From an uncultured Candidatus Binatia bacterium (GTDB taxonomy: Bacteria; Desulfobacterota; Binatia; UBA9968; JAJDTQ01), in the NCBI GenBank assembly GCA_965204205.1, contig OZ241976.1:1935293-1999292 (forward strand): a stretch of DNA of 64,000 bases, in the 5' to 3' direction. Positions 37,752-46,498 of the stretch are shown here, one piece after another. The notes under the pieces are model-generated. The model made no database searches. It saw nothing but the letters and a program-made list of their open reading frames with translations, and was not told the origin of the DNA. The translations under genes were made by a program, and so were the position numbers. Position 1 is the first letter of the stretch, and each line of letters begins with the position of its first letter.

Positions 37752-37840
37752 TGTCGGATTACGCTTCGCTAATCCGACCTACGGCTACGGCATAGCAGTA
37801 CTGGCCTTGGTAGGTCGGATTAGCGAAGCGTAATCCGACA
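37752..37840. repeat. REPIN/BIME-like inverted pair of GTAG-type REPs
   Basis: GTAGGTCGGATTAGCGAAGCGTAATCCGACA (31 bp) at 37810-37840 with a perfect inverted copy at 37752-37782, between convergent genes. Confidence 0.85.
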
Positions 37841-37847
37841 ACGGCGA

Positions 37848-38621
37848 CTATGCCGCGCTCGAGGCGGCGGCACCCGCCGACGGGACGCCCGCATCGCGCA
37901 GCGCCGGGAACAGTTCGTCGAGGCTCCGGATGAGGAGCTTCGGCCTGGCCGCGGCCAGCGTCTCCTCGTCGTTGTAGGAGTATTCCGTGGCCAGTGCCAC
38001 GGTGAACACCGACAGGTCGTTCCCCGCCACCTGGGCGAATTCGAGGTTGTTCCCTGCCCGAATGTAGGTCGCGGTTCCGGACAGCAGGACCACTTCCAGG
38101 TTTCTGTTGAGCTTCCGGAACAGGTGGTAGATGCCCTGCTCCTTCCTGAAGTACGTTTCGTCGCGGTCGATGATCTCCTCGAAGTACTCGCTGATGCCGT
38201 GCTCCTCCATGACCCGGTGCTTGTAGCGCCGGCCGCTGGTGGTGAGCACCATGTTGCTCAGGCCCGCGTCCCCGGCTTCCTTGAGTGACTCCTCGACCCC
38301 CGGAATGAAGTCCGGCGGATTGACGTCGAAACCGTGACGGCGCGCGATCTCCAGGGCGTGGCCGCGGATCTCGCGTCGTACTCCCTCGTTGTAGATGATC
38401 GAGGGGTCGCGGGCGTAGTCTTCCGAAAACAGGATCGGCGCGAGAAAGAAGTCGAACGGCCCGTCCGCGACCTTGCGCAGTTCTTCGAAGGAAAGCTTCG
38501 GCTTGTCGTAACGCGGGAGGATCTCGTTGGCGATGATGTGGACCCGATGGATGTCCGTCTCGATGGTATCGGACATGGTCCGGATCAGGCATCTCTTGAC
38601 CGGCGTCGGCGCATCACTCAT
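37848..38621 (-). CDS. HAD-fold protein with degenerate catalytic motifs
   Basis: FIPGVEESL..A, VLTT, HGISEYFEEII, LAAARPKLLIRSLDEL are typical of the phosphoglycolate-phosphatase fold; the Asp motifs are absent. Confidence 0.65.
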   Translation of the reverse strand: MSDAPTPVKRCLIRTMSDTIETDIHRVHIIANEILPRYDKPKLSFEELRKVADGPFDFFLAPILFSEDYARDPSIIYNEGVRREIRGHALEIARRHGFDVNPPDFIPGVEESLKEAGDAGLSNMVLTTSGRRYKHRVMEEHGISEYFEEIIDRDETYFRKEQGIYHLFRKLNRNLEVVLLSGTATYIRAGNNLEFAQVAGNDLSVFTVALATEYSYNDEETLAAARPKLLIRSLDELFPALRDAGVPSAGAAASSAA

Positions 38622-38755
38622 GGCAACCTCCTGCCGCTGGCTGGAAAACTGAATCAGCTTTAGCTAATCTCTCATGACCCTGTCAACACGGCAGGAACTC
38701 CGAAGGAGTTTCGTACGGCATGAAACCCTAAGGATTTCATGCCGTTGGAGATTTC

Positions 38756-39739
38756 ATGCTGAACCTGACCCTGGCGTGCGGCCACTACGACCGGACCGAG
38801 GCTCTGCGGGACGGGCGCGTCCGGCCCGACGGCATCCAACTCAACTGCCTGACGCTGAAGGTGGAGGAAACCTTCTGGCGCATGATGCAGTACCGCGAGT
38901 TCGACGTGGCCGAGACCTCCCTGGGCGGCTACGTGGTTCGCCGGGGGCGCGGGATGGAAGACCTGGTGGCGATACCGGTATTCCCGTCGCGCTTCTTCCG
39001 CCAGTCCTGCATCTTCGTCCATGGCGGCTCCGGCATCGACGCGCCGGAGGACCTCAAGGGGAAGCGCATCGGCGTGCCGGAATACCAGATGACCGCCGCC
39101 GTGTGGGCGCGCGGAACCCTCTCGGACGACTACGGAGTACGCGCCGAGGACGTCGAATGGGTCCAGGGCGGCCTGGAGGACCCGGGGCGCCTCCCCTTCG
39201 AGCCCGTGGAGCCCGCCGGGATCAGGCTCGGCTTCGCGCCGGAAGACCGCTCGCTGGCCCAGATGCTGGCGCTTGGCGAAATCCAGGCGCTGATCACCGC
39301 CCGGACCCCGTCCACCTTCGATCCGGCCGGCTCCGGGGTGCGCCGGCTCTTCCCCGAACCCTGGAACGTAGAGCGGGACTACTTCGAGCGCACGGGCATC
39401 TTCCCCATCATGCACACGGTATCCATTCGGCGGGAGATCCTCGACGACCACCCGTGGGTGGCGGCCACGCTGATGAAGGCGTTTTCCCAGGCCAAGGACC
39501 TGGCCGTGGCCGACCTGACCCAGACCAGCGCCCTTCCCCTTTCGCTGCCGTTCCTGACCGAGCACGCCTACCAGACGGTGGCGACCATGGGTGAGGACTT
39601 CTGGCCCTACGGGCTGGAGTCCAACCGCAAGACCCTCGAAACATTCGTGCGTTACATGCACGAGCAGGGCATGATCGAGCACAGGATGCCCATCGAGGAG
39701 CTGTTCGCTCCGAGCACCCACCGCACCTTTCGGATCTGA
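38756..39739 (+). CDS. 4,5-dihydroxyphthalate decarboxylase-like / PBP-fold protein
   Basis: LTLACGHYDRT, EFDVAE, PVFPSRFFR, EYQMTA, TGIFPIMH, DFWPYG. Confidence 0.85.
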   Translation: MLNLTLACGHYDRTEALRDGRVRPDGIQLNCLTLKVEETFWRMMQYREFDVAETSLGGYVVRRGRGMEDLVAIPVFPSRFFRQSCIFVHGGSGIDAPEDLKGKRIGVPEYQMTAAVWARGTLSDDYGVRAEDVEWVQGGLEDPGRLPFEPVEPAGIRLGFAPEDRSLAQMLALGEIQALITARTPSTFDPAGSGVRRLFPEPWNVERDYFERTGIFPIMHTVSIRREILDDHPWVAATLMKAFSQAKDLAVADLTQTSALPLSLPFLTEHAYQTVATMGEDFWPYGLESNRKTLETFVRYMHEQGMIEHRMPIEELFAPSTHRTFRI

Positions 39740-39971
39740 ACGATCCGTTTTCAGCGCCGAAGGCGGCCAATTCCGACCGAGCCCTTTCACCGGCAAGCTC
39801 TGGAAAACACGCCGGAAACCGTGCTTATTCCCTGTGCAGGTTGTTGGGAAAGGCGTTTGTTGCGGCCTGGAGGCGGTGCGGGCCGGGTCCTGTGAACAGG
39901 TTTTCCACAGATCCGGTGGATAGTGTCAACGGACTGTCGGAGCCGTCAGATTATCCCCGGACCGTGGGACT

Positions 39972-40943
39972 TCACACGTAGTGTTGGATCTCCTGGAGGG
40001 ACGGCGGAAAAAACAGCTCTTCTATCGCCGGCTTGTGCTTGATCATGCCCTGCTCGAACTCGTAGCGCACGACCGCCTCCAGCGCCGGGCGGTTGTCTTC
40101 GAGATTGTACGGCCACGGATCCGGTCCGAAGATGGCGTGCTGGTCCTGGAGCTCTTCCTTGGCCCAGACCAGGGCCAGACTCCGGGGGTCGCTCATGCGC
40201 TCGTAGCAGACCTCCTTGGCCCGCTGAAGGGCCTGGAGAAGACTCACCGCAACCCAAGGGGCCCGCTCCAGGATTTCGTCCTTGATGACCACCGTGTGCA
40301 TGATGGGAAAGATGCCGCTCTTGCGGTAGTACTCCGCCTCCGCCTGCCGCGGATCGGGGAAGAGCAGCGCCACCTGTTCCGAGCCCGCCCGGACTGACGG
40401 CAGTACCTCGGGGTAGAGCGACCCTTCAAGCTCCCCGGCACACAGCATCTCGTCGACGTTCCGCCCCTCCGGCACGCGCCGGATATTCATCCACGATGCC
40501 GGCTCCAGGGGCACGTCCTCTTCCTCCTGGCACCACCACTCCACGGTCTTGAGGTCCAGGCCGTAGTAGTCCTGCAGGATGCCGCGCATCCACAGGCCGG
40601 CGGAGTTCTGGAGCGTGTCCAGGGCGATGCGCTTGCCGTTCAGGTCGGAAGGCTTGTCGATCCCGCAACCCGTGCGCTTGACCATGTAGCTGTGGCGGAA
40701 GCGCCGGTGCGGAAACGCCGGGATGGCGGTGAAGGCCCGCCCCTGGTCGTGGGCCACCAGGTAGCCCACCAGCGACAGCTCGCAGGCGTCGAACTCCTCG
40801 TGGCGCAGCATCCGCCCGTGGCGCTCGGGCGACTGCATGGTCATCACGTTGAGGTCGATGCCCGCGGGCTCCACCACCTTCTCCCACAGGGGGCGCAAGA
40901 GATCGTAGCTGCCGCAGGCGAAATTCAGGTTCAAGCGGGACAC
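39972..40943 (-). CDS. 4,5-dihydroxyphthalate decarboxylase-like / PBP-fold protein (second paralog)
   Basis: LNFACGSYD, EFDACELS, PAFPHRRFRH, SGIFPIMH, DPWPY. Confidence 0.85.
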   Translation of the reverse strand: MSRLNLNFACGSYDLLRPLWEKVVEPAGIDLNVMTMQSPERHGRMLRHEEFDACELSLVGYLVAHDQGRAFTAIPAFPHRRFRHSYMVKRTGCGIDKPSDLNGKRIALDTLQNSAGLWMRGILQDYYGLDLKTVEWWCQEEEDVPLEPASWMNIRRVPEGRNVDEMLCAGELEGSLYPEVLPSVRAGSEQVALLFPDPRQAEAEYYRKSGIFPIMHTVVIKDEILERAPWVAVSLLQALQRAKEVCYERMSDPRSLALVWAKEELQDQHAIFGPDPWPYNLEDNRPALEAVVRYEFEQGMIKHKPAIEELFFPPSLQEIQHYV

Positions 40944-41530
40944 TATTCGCTCCTCACGTGTTTTCGGTACTCCTCGGGGGTGTCGATGTCGATGAGGATC
41001 CCTTCCTCGTCGGTTTCGAGCTCCAGGGTCTCGTCGGGATGGCCCCGCACCACCGGCTTGGCGCCGGTGTCGAGGGACGCCGCCATGAACTCGGAGAAGA
41101 GCTCGCTGGAGAACAGCACCGGATGGCCGCGGCGCCCGCCGAAGCGCGGCACCACGATGAGCTTTTTCTCGGCACGGAAACGCTCGATCATCCGGTCAAC
41201 CAGGCCGCTGTCGATGAACGGGTGGTCCACCAGATGCACCAGGATCGCCTCCACCGGCTCGCCTTCCAGCGCCCGGATGGCGGTCTGCAGCGAGGAGAGC
41301 TGGCCACGGGCGTAGTCCGGGTTCACCGCGGTGTCGACTCCGAGGTAGGCGATGGCTTCGCGCATGGCGCCGGCGTTGAAACCCAGCACCACCAGGGTCC
41401 GGTCCACGCCCGTGCGTTCCAGGGCCGCAACGATGCGCTCGATGAACGGGACACCGTCCACCGGCAAGAGCGCCTTGGGGCTTCCCATGCGGGTGGACGC
41501 ACCCGCTGCGAGGACAACGGCAACGATCAT
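40943..41530 (-). CDS. Molybdenum cofactor cytidylyltransferase-like nucleotidyltransferase (MocA family)
   Basis: VLAAGASTRMGSPKALL, NPDY..GQLSSL, LVDHP, RGHPVLF, DIDTPEEY. Confidence 0.85.
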   Translation of the reverse strand: MIVAVVLAAGASTRMGSPKALLPVDGVPFIERIVAALERTGVDRTLVVLGFNAGAMREAIAYLGVDTAVNPDYARGQLSSLQTAIRALEGEPVEAILVHLVDHPFIDSGLVDRMIERFRAEKKLIVVPRFGGRRGHPVLFSSELFSEFMAASLDTGAKPVVRGHPDETLELETDEEGILIDIDTPEEYRKHVRSE

Positions 41531-41565
41531 GATCGGGGATGGACCGGCAGCCTGCACGGGAACGT

Positions 41566-41594
41566 GTAGGGGCGGGTTTCAAACCCACCCGTGC
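41566..41594 (+). repeat. GTAG-type REP element
   Basis: GTAGGGGCGGGTTTCAAACCCACCCGTGC; same family as the copy at 12011. Confidence 0.7.
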
Positions 41595-41645
41595 CCGCGC
41601 GGCGCCGTTGGCTCATTGGTTTCCTGGTGTGCGAACCGCGGACCG

Positions 41646-42617
41646 CTACAGCCCCTCCAGCTTCTTCATGGTGTCGGCGTAGTCCGCCAAGGCCTTGTCG
41701 AGAGTGTACTCGGCAACGAACCCCAGTTGCTCCTCCGCGCGCGACAGGTCGGTCAGAGGGCGGTTTGCCGGATAGCCCATGGGATCGCTTTCCTTCCGCA
41801 GCGTCACCCGGGACTCGGGAAATTCCTTCTTCAACGCCGCGAGGATATCGTCGCCGGTGACCATGCCGGCGCAGCCGATGTGGAAAAGACGGTCCTTGTG
41901 CTCGGGCTTGAGCGCGGCCAGGACGGTGGCCGTGGCGGCGTCCTTGCCGTAGAGGACCTCCGTGGGTCCGTAGGGCCAGTTGACGCTAGCGTCCTCGCGC
42001 TTCAAGGCGGCGCGGACCATGTCCTGGATGGCCTGCTCACGGGTGGCCTTCATGGTGGTGGGCGACGGTCCGTAAAGCCCCCCGACGTAACGAATGCACA
42101 CGAACTCGAAGCCGTACATCTTGGCGTAGGCGTTGCCGAGAAACTCACAGCCGCCCTTGGTGGCGGCATAGACGGACGGCGGGTTGATGGGGATGGTCTC
42201 GTCGATGCTCTGGAGCCCTTCCCCGAACGAGCCCAGGTAGACGGTGCCGGAGCTGGGGAAGGTGATCCGCGGCACGTCTTCGAGGCGCACGGCCTCCAGG
42301 ACATTGACGGTGCCCATGAGGTTCAGGCGCACCCCGGTGTAGGGGCGCCGCTGCACTTCCTCGCCGAGAAACGCGGCCAGGTGGATGACCTGGCCGACGT
42401 CGTAGTCACGGATCGCGCTGACGAGCTGCGGCAGGTCCAGGATATCGCCGCGCACGGTCTCCACCGACGCGGGATCGACCCCCACGGCCCTCAGCAGCCG
42501 CTCGTTCACCGCCACGTCAAAAATGACCGGGCGCTCGCCGCGCTCCTGCAACATCCCGACCACGTAGGCGCCCACGAGACCGGTACCCCCGGTCACCATT
42601 ATGCTCTTCTTTGCCAT
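41646..42617 (-). CDS. NAD-dependent epimerase/dehydratase (extended SDR)
   Basis: VTGGTGLVG, IHLAA, YAATK. Confidence 0.88.
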   Translation of the reverse strand: MAKKSIMVTGGTGLVGAYVVGMLQERGERPVIFDVAVNERLLRAVGVDPASVETVRGDILDLPQLVSAIRDYDVGQVIHLAAFLGEEVQRRPYTGVRLNLMGTVNVLEAVRLEDVPRITFPSSGTVYLGSFGEGLQSIDETIPINPPSVYAATKGGCEFLGNAYAKMYGFEFVCIRYVGGLYGPSPTTMKATREQAIQDMVRAALKREDASVNWPYGPTEVLYGKDAATATVLAALKPEHKDRLFHIGCAGMVTGDDILAALKKEFPESRVTLRKESDPMGYPANRPLTDLSRAEEQLGFVAEYTLDKALADYADTMKKLEGL

Positions 42618-42657
42618 TCACTTCCTCCCGGCAATGACAAGCTAGCGTGCTGCCCGT

Positions 42658-42688
42658 GCACGGGGGGGCGACCGCCGGTCGCCCCTAC
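42658..42688 (-). repeat. GTAG-type REP element (variant palindrome)
   Basis: GTAGGGGCGACCGGCGGTCGCCCCCCCGTGC on the minus strand. Confidence 0.65.
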
Positions 42689-42752
42689 CTGCAATAGTCC
42701 CGTGCCCGCGACCATGGTCACCCATCGTCGCTACGCTATTCAAGACAGCACA

Positions 42753-43571
42753 CTAGGGAAACATGTACTCCACCGGCGGCGATTCGAAGTCCGTCTCCAC
42801 CTCGGTGGTTCCGGGCACCTCCCTGGCCACCCCCACGATCTCCTCCTGCAGCGCGGGCTGGGTCAGGATGCCGGAAACGTGGACCACGCCGCCCGCCGCC
42901 CGCACCCGCACGTTCAGGTTCCGCGTCTTGGGCGACACGATCAGCGCCGCCTGGACCCGGGACGTCAACGACAGGTCGGCGAACGCCTGCTCGGACTGCG
43001 GAGTCTTCTGGTACTCGGGTCTGGCGGCCGCGTCCTCGATCAACCGCGCCAGGGTGTCGATGGTCATCTGCCCGGCGTTCAACACGAGGTCGTAGCGCGA
43101 CGCGTCGCGCCAGTCCGCGCCGAAGATGGCCTCCATGCGGCGCGAGCGCGCCTTGTTGACGCTTTCGACGTAGCGCCGGCCGCCGGCCTCGTCGAGCCCT
43201 TCCCGCTCCCGCACCTTCTCGACCTGGTACTCCAGCGGCGCCGTCAGCAGCACCTTGACCACGTGGCCCACCCCCGGCAGGAGTTCCTGGCCCATGTGGC
43301 CGTGATAGACGATCTGGCCGTCACGTGCCATCTCGCACATGGCGGCCTGCAGGGTGATGCGGTACAGGCGGAGACTCTCGCGCCAGCGCTCCCACCAGTG
43401 AGGTCCGGATTCCAACACCTCCTCGTACTTGGCCTCGGAAATTCCGTACCGGTTGCTCGCCTCCATCAGCACCTCGCGGTCCACACACGGGTAGCCCAGA
43501 TCTCCGGCCACCCGCTCGGCAACCTCCGGACCCGCGCCAAACGCGCCACGAATAATGGTGATAATCGGCAT
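42753..43571 (-). CDS. Cytidylate-kinase-like family protein with C-terminal BON domain
   Basis: IITIIRGAFGAG.EVA..VA..LGY, YDLVLN; C-terminal VRVRAAGGVVHVSG BON-like segment. Confidence 0.8.
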   Translation of the reverse strand: MPIITIIRGAFGAGPEVAERVAGDLGYPCVDREVLMEASNRYGISEAKYEEVLESGPHWWERWRESLRLYRITLQAAMCEMARDGQIVYHGHMGQELLPGVGHVVKVLLTAPLEYQVEKVREREGLDEAGGRRYVESVNKARSRRMEAIFGADWRDASRYDLVLNAGQMTIDTLARLIEDAAARPEYQKTPQSEQAFADLSLTSRVQAALIVSPKTRNLNVRVRAAGGVVHVSGILTQPALQEEIVGVAREVPGTTEVETDFESPPVEYMFP

Positions 43572-43759
43572 GGGCTTCCCTCCTTTCCGCAATTGGCCCC
43601 GACCAACTTCCCGGCCCTTCTCGTCTTTACAGTAAATCGTCTGATGCACGGTTGCAAGATAAATTGGCCGGCAAGAGCGGATTGCGCGCGCGCCGAAGCC
43701 GATGTTTGTGCCGTCCATGCGCATTTGCTACACCATCATGCACCCCACAGGCTTCCCGC

Positions 43760-44878
43760 ATGACTCCCAAGGAAAAACTGCTGGCGCTTCGGGACGAGTT
43801 GCGACAGACCTTCCTGGAACGCGGCGAACTTATCGACGGCGCCCTCGCGGCGCTACTGTCGGCCCAGAACCTCCTCATCGTCGGCCCGCCCGGCACGGCC
43901 AAGTCCATGCTGGCCGACGAGCTGTGCCGCCGCGTCGAGGGCGCCGACTACTTCCAGTGGCTGCTGACCCGTTTCACCGCTCCCGAGGAGTTGTTCGGGG
44001 CGGTGAGCCTCAAGGGGCTTGAGCAAGACGACTACCGGCGGGTCACCACCCGCAAGCTCCCCGAGGCCCACATCGCGTTTCTGGACGAGGTCTTCAAGGC
44101 CAACTCCTCGATCCTGAACTCGATCCTGACCATCATCAACGAACGACGCTTCCACAACGGGCAGCAGGTCCACGACGTACCGCTCATCACCCTGTTCGGC
44201 GCCAGCAACGAGCTTCCCGAGGACGACGAGCTCACCGCGCTGTACGACCGTTTCCTGCTTCGCTTCGTGGTGGACTACATCCAGGAGGACTACCGCTTCC
44301 TGCGCATGCTGGAGGCGCCGCCGCCCGCCGCACAGGTATGCATCACCCTGGACGAACTGGGGGCGCTGCAACGGGACGCCGCCGCGCAACCGGTCCCGGG
44401 GCACGTGCACCGGACCATGGCCGAGATCCGCCGCCAGCTCGGGAAAAAGCAGATCGTCGCCTCCGACCGGCGCTACCGCCAGTCCCTGGCGCTCATGAAG
44501 GCGCATTCCTATCTGGCCGACGACGCACAGGTCTCGGACCAGAGTCTCTTGTTCCTGGAACACGTGCTGTGGCGGGAGCCGTCGGAGAGAGCCGACATCG
44601 GCGCCGTCATCCGCGAAATCGTGCTCGGCTACGAAAAGGAAGCGCAGGAGCTGCTGTACCAGGCCCGCGAGATCGATGAGTACGTGCGGCGTACGTGGGA
44701 GACCGATGAGCTGCGTTCCCAGGCCCTCATCGAGGCACACACGAAACTCCGCAACATCCTCGGCCGGGTGGAGCAACTGATCGAGAAGGCATCCGATGCC
44801 GACCGTCCCCTGGACCGGGTGGAAGACATGCGGGAGGAGATCCAGGACCTTCAGAAGCGCCTGCTGGAGGGCTTGTAG
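43760..44878 (+). CDS. MoxR-family AAA+ ATPase, RavA-like
   Basis: GPPGTAKS Walker A, LLTRFT.PEELFG, FLDEVFKANSSILN, ASNELP, SDRR. Confidence 0.9.
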   Translation: MTPKEKLLALRDELRQTFLERGELIDGALAALLSAQNLLIVGPPGTAKSMLADELCRRVEGADYFQWLLTRFTAPEELFGAVSLKGLEQDDYRRVTTRKLPEAHIAFLDEVFKANSSILNSILTIINERRFHNGQQVHDVPLITLFGASNELPEDDELTALYDRFLLRFVVDYIQEDYRFLRMLEAPPPAAQVCITLDELGALQRDAAAQPVPGHVHRTMAEIRRQLGKKQIVASDRRYRQSLALMKAHSYLADDAQVSDQSLLFLEHVLWREPSERADIGAVIREIVLGYEKEAQELLYQAREIDEYVRRTWETDELRSQALIEAHTKLRNILGRVEQLIEKASDADRPLDRVEDMREEIQDLQKRLLEGL

Positions 44879-46446
44879 TGGCCCACCGAACACCGCGGAA
44901 GAAGCCCTCTCCCCTGCCCGTCCTGCCCGAGAACGCCAACTGGATCGAGAGCGACCGCTACGACCGCCACGCCTACGGGCAGCTTCGCCGCGACGCTGCT
45001 TCCCTTCAGGAGCTCGAGCGCGCCGGCCAGGCGCTCATCCCCCACTTCCCTTCGCTCCTTCAGGACGTCTTCTGCCTGCTGTTCAAGTACAACATCGTCT
45101 TCGCCGAGGAGCCGGACGTGCTGCCCAGCGCCGCCGTCAACCGGACCCTGCTGAACGCGCTCCACGACGGCGAGGTGAGCCGCATCCTGCGGGAGCTGAC
45201 CCTGCTCGACGAGGCCAGGGCCGGCTTGTGCACGTTGCTGGTCGGCGAGGGGCTCCTGGCGATGCTCAAGTCGGAGAAGCCCTGGACGCGCCACGACATG
45301 ATGGACACCTGGAAGCTCCGGCAGCAGGAAGAGGATTTCCAGAAGACCCGCGAGGTGCTGGAGCACGCCGGCGAGCTGGGCGAGGATGAAGACGCCGCGG
45401 ACAAGGAGGAAGCCCTCGCCAGGATCGAGGAACGGCTCAAGAGCAAGCTCCGGAGCGACGCCGCCTCGATCCGGCAGAAGCAGCGCCAGTTGACCGAGGA
45501 TCTCGACCGGGTGGAGGACGAGGCGCGGGCGCGGGCCCGGGCGTCGGCCATCCGTGCCGCCCAGCAGCTCGAGGAGGCCATGGAGGAAGCGGAGCAATGG
45601 GGCTCCGCCGTCGGATCCGGCGGGCGACTGCCGGCCGACCGGCGGCTGGAGCTGGGCCGCCGGCTGGCCGGCAACGACAAGCTCAAGAAGCTCATCCGCA
45701 TGGTGGGGAGGATGAAGTCCCACGCGCTGGCGCTTCGCAAGCGCACCTTCGAGCGCTCCAACGAGGAGCTCTACGCGGTGGAGCAGGGAGGTGCGCTGGA
45801 GCACCTGCTGCCACAGGAGCTGGTGGCGCTGCACCACCCGTTGCGGCATCGAGACTTCCAGCGCCGGCTGCTGGAGAAAGAGCTGCTGCAGTACTCGCTC
45901 CGGGGCATGGAGGAGAAACGCAAGGGGCCGGTGGTGGTGTGCCTGGACGGCAGCTCGTCGATGTCGGGGGACAAGGAGCTCTGGTCCAAGGCCGTCACCC
46001 TGACCCTGCTGGAGCTGACCCGGCGCCAGCGCCGTCCGTTCCGCTCCATCTGCTTCTCCTCCAGGGACACCGCGCTGCACGTCCTGGACATGACGACGCG
46101 ATACGGCGCCGACGTCGAGCCGGACAAGCTGATGGACCTGGCGGAACATTTCCCCGGGGGCGGCACGGACTTCGAGAAGCCCCTGGACGCGGCCCTGGAG
46201 TGCCTCAAGAAATCACGTTATAAGAAGGGGGACATCGTCTTCATCACGGACGGCGAGTGCCAGGTGTCGGCGGAGTGGTCGGAACGGTTCCTCAAGGAGA
46301 AGGACCGCCTCAGCTTCTCGCTTTTCTCCATCCTCATCGACGTGGGGCACAGCTCCCTGGGAACCCTCAAGGAATTCAGCGACCGGATCACGACCATCAC
46401 ACAGCTTGCCAACGAAGGCACGAACGACCTGTTCATTCGTTTCTGA
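44878..46446 (+). CDS. VWA-domain protein, ViaA-like
   Basis: LLPQE, KGP.VVCLDGSSSM MIDAS, GGGTDF, FITDG; coupled to the ATPase. Confidence 0.88.
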   Translation: MAHRTPRKKPSPLPVLPENANWIESDRYDRHAYGQLRRDAASLQELERAGQALIPHFPSLLQDVFCLLFKYNIVFAEEPDVLPSAAVNRTLLNALHDGEVSRILRELTLLDEARAGLCTLLVGEGLLAMLKSEKPWTRHDMMDTWKLRQQEEDFQKTREVLEHAGELGEDEDAADKEEALARIEERLKSKLRSDAASIRQKQRQLTEDLDRVEDEARARARASAIRAAQQLEEAMEEAEQWGSAVGSGGRLPADRRLELGRRLAGNDKLKKLIRMVGRMKSHALALRKRTFERSNEELYAVEQGGALEHLLPQELVALHHPLRHRDFQRRLLEKELLQYSLRGMEEKRKGPVVVCLDGSSSMSGDKELWSKAVTLTLLELTRRQRRPFRSICFSSRDTALHVLDMTTRYGADVEPDKLMDLAEHFPGGGTDFEKPLDAALECLKKSRYKKGDIVFITDGECQVSAEWSERFLKEKDRLSFSLFSILIDVGHSSLGTLKEFSDRITTITQLANEGTNDLFIRF

Positions 46447-46498
46447 GGTCCGCTGCTTCGACGAACCGATCGCTGCGACAGATCATCGGGAGAACCAC

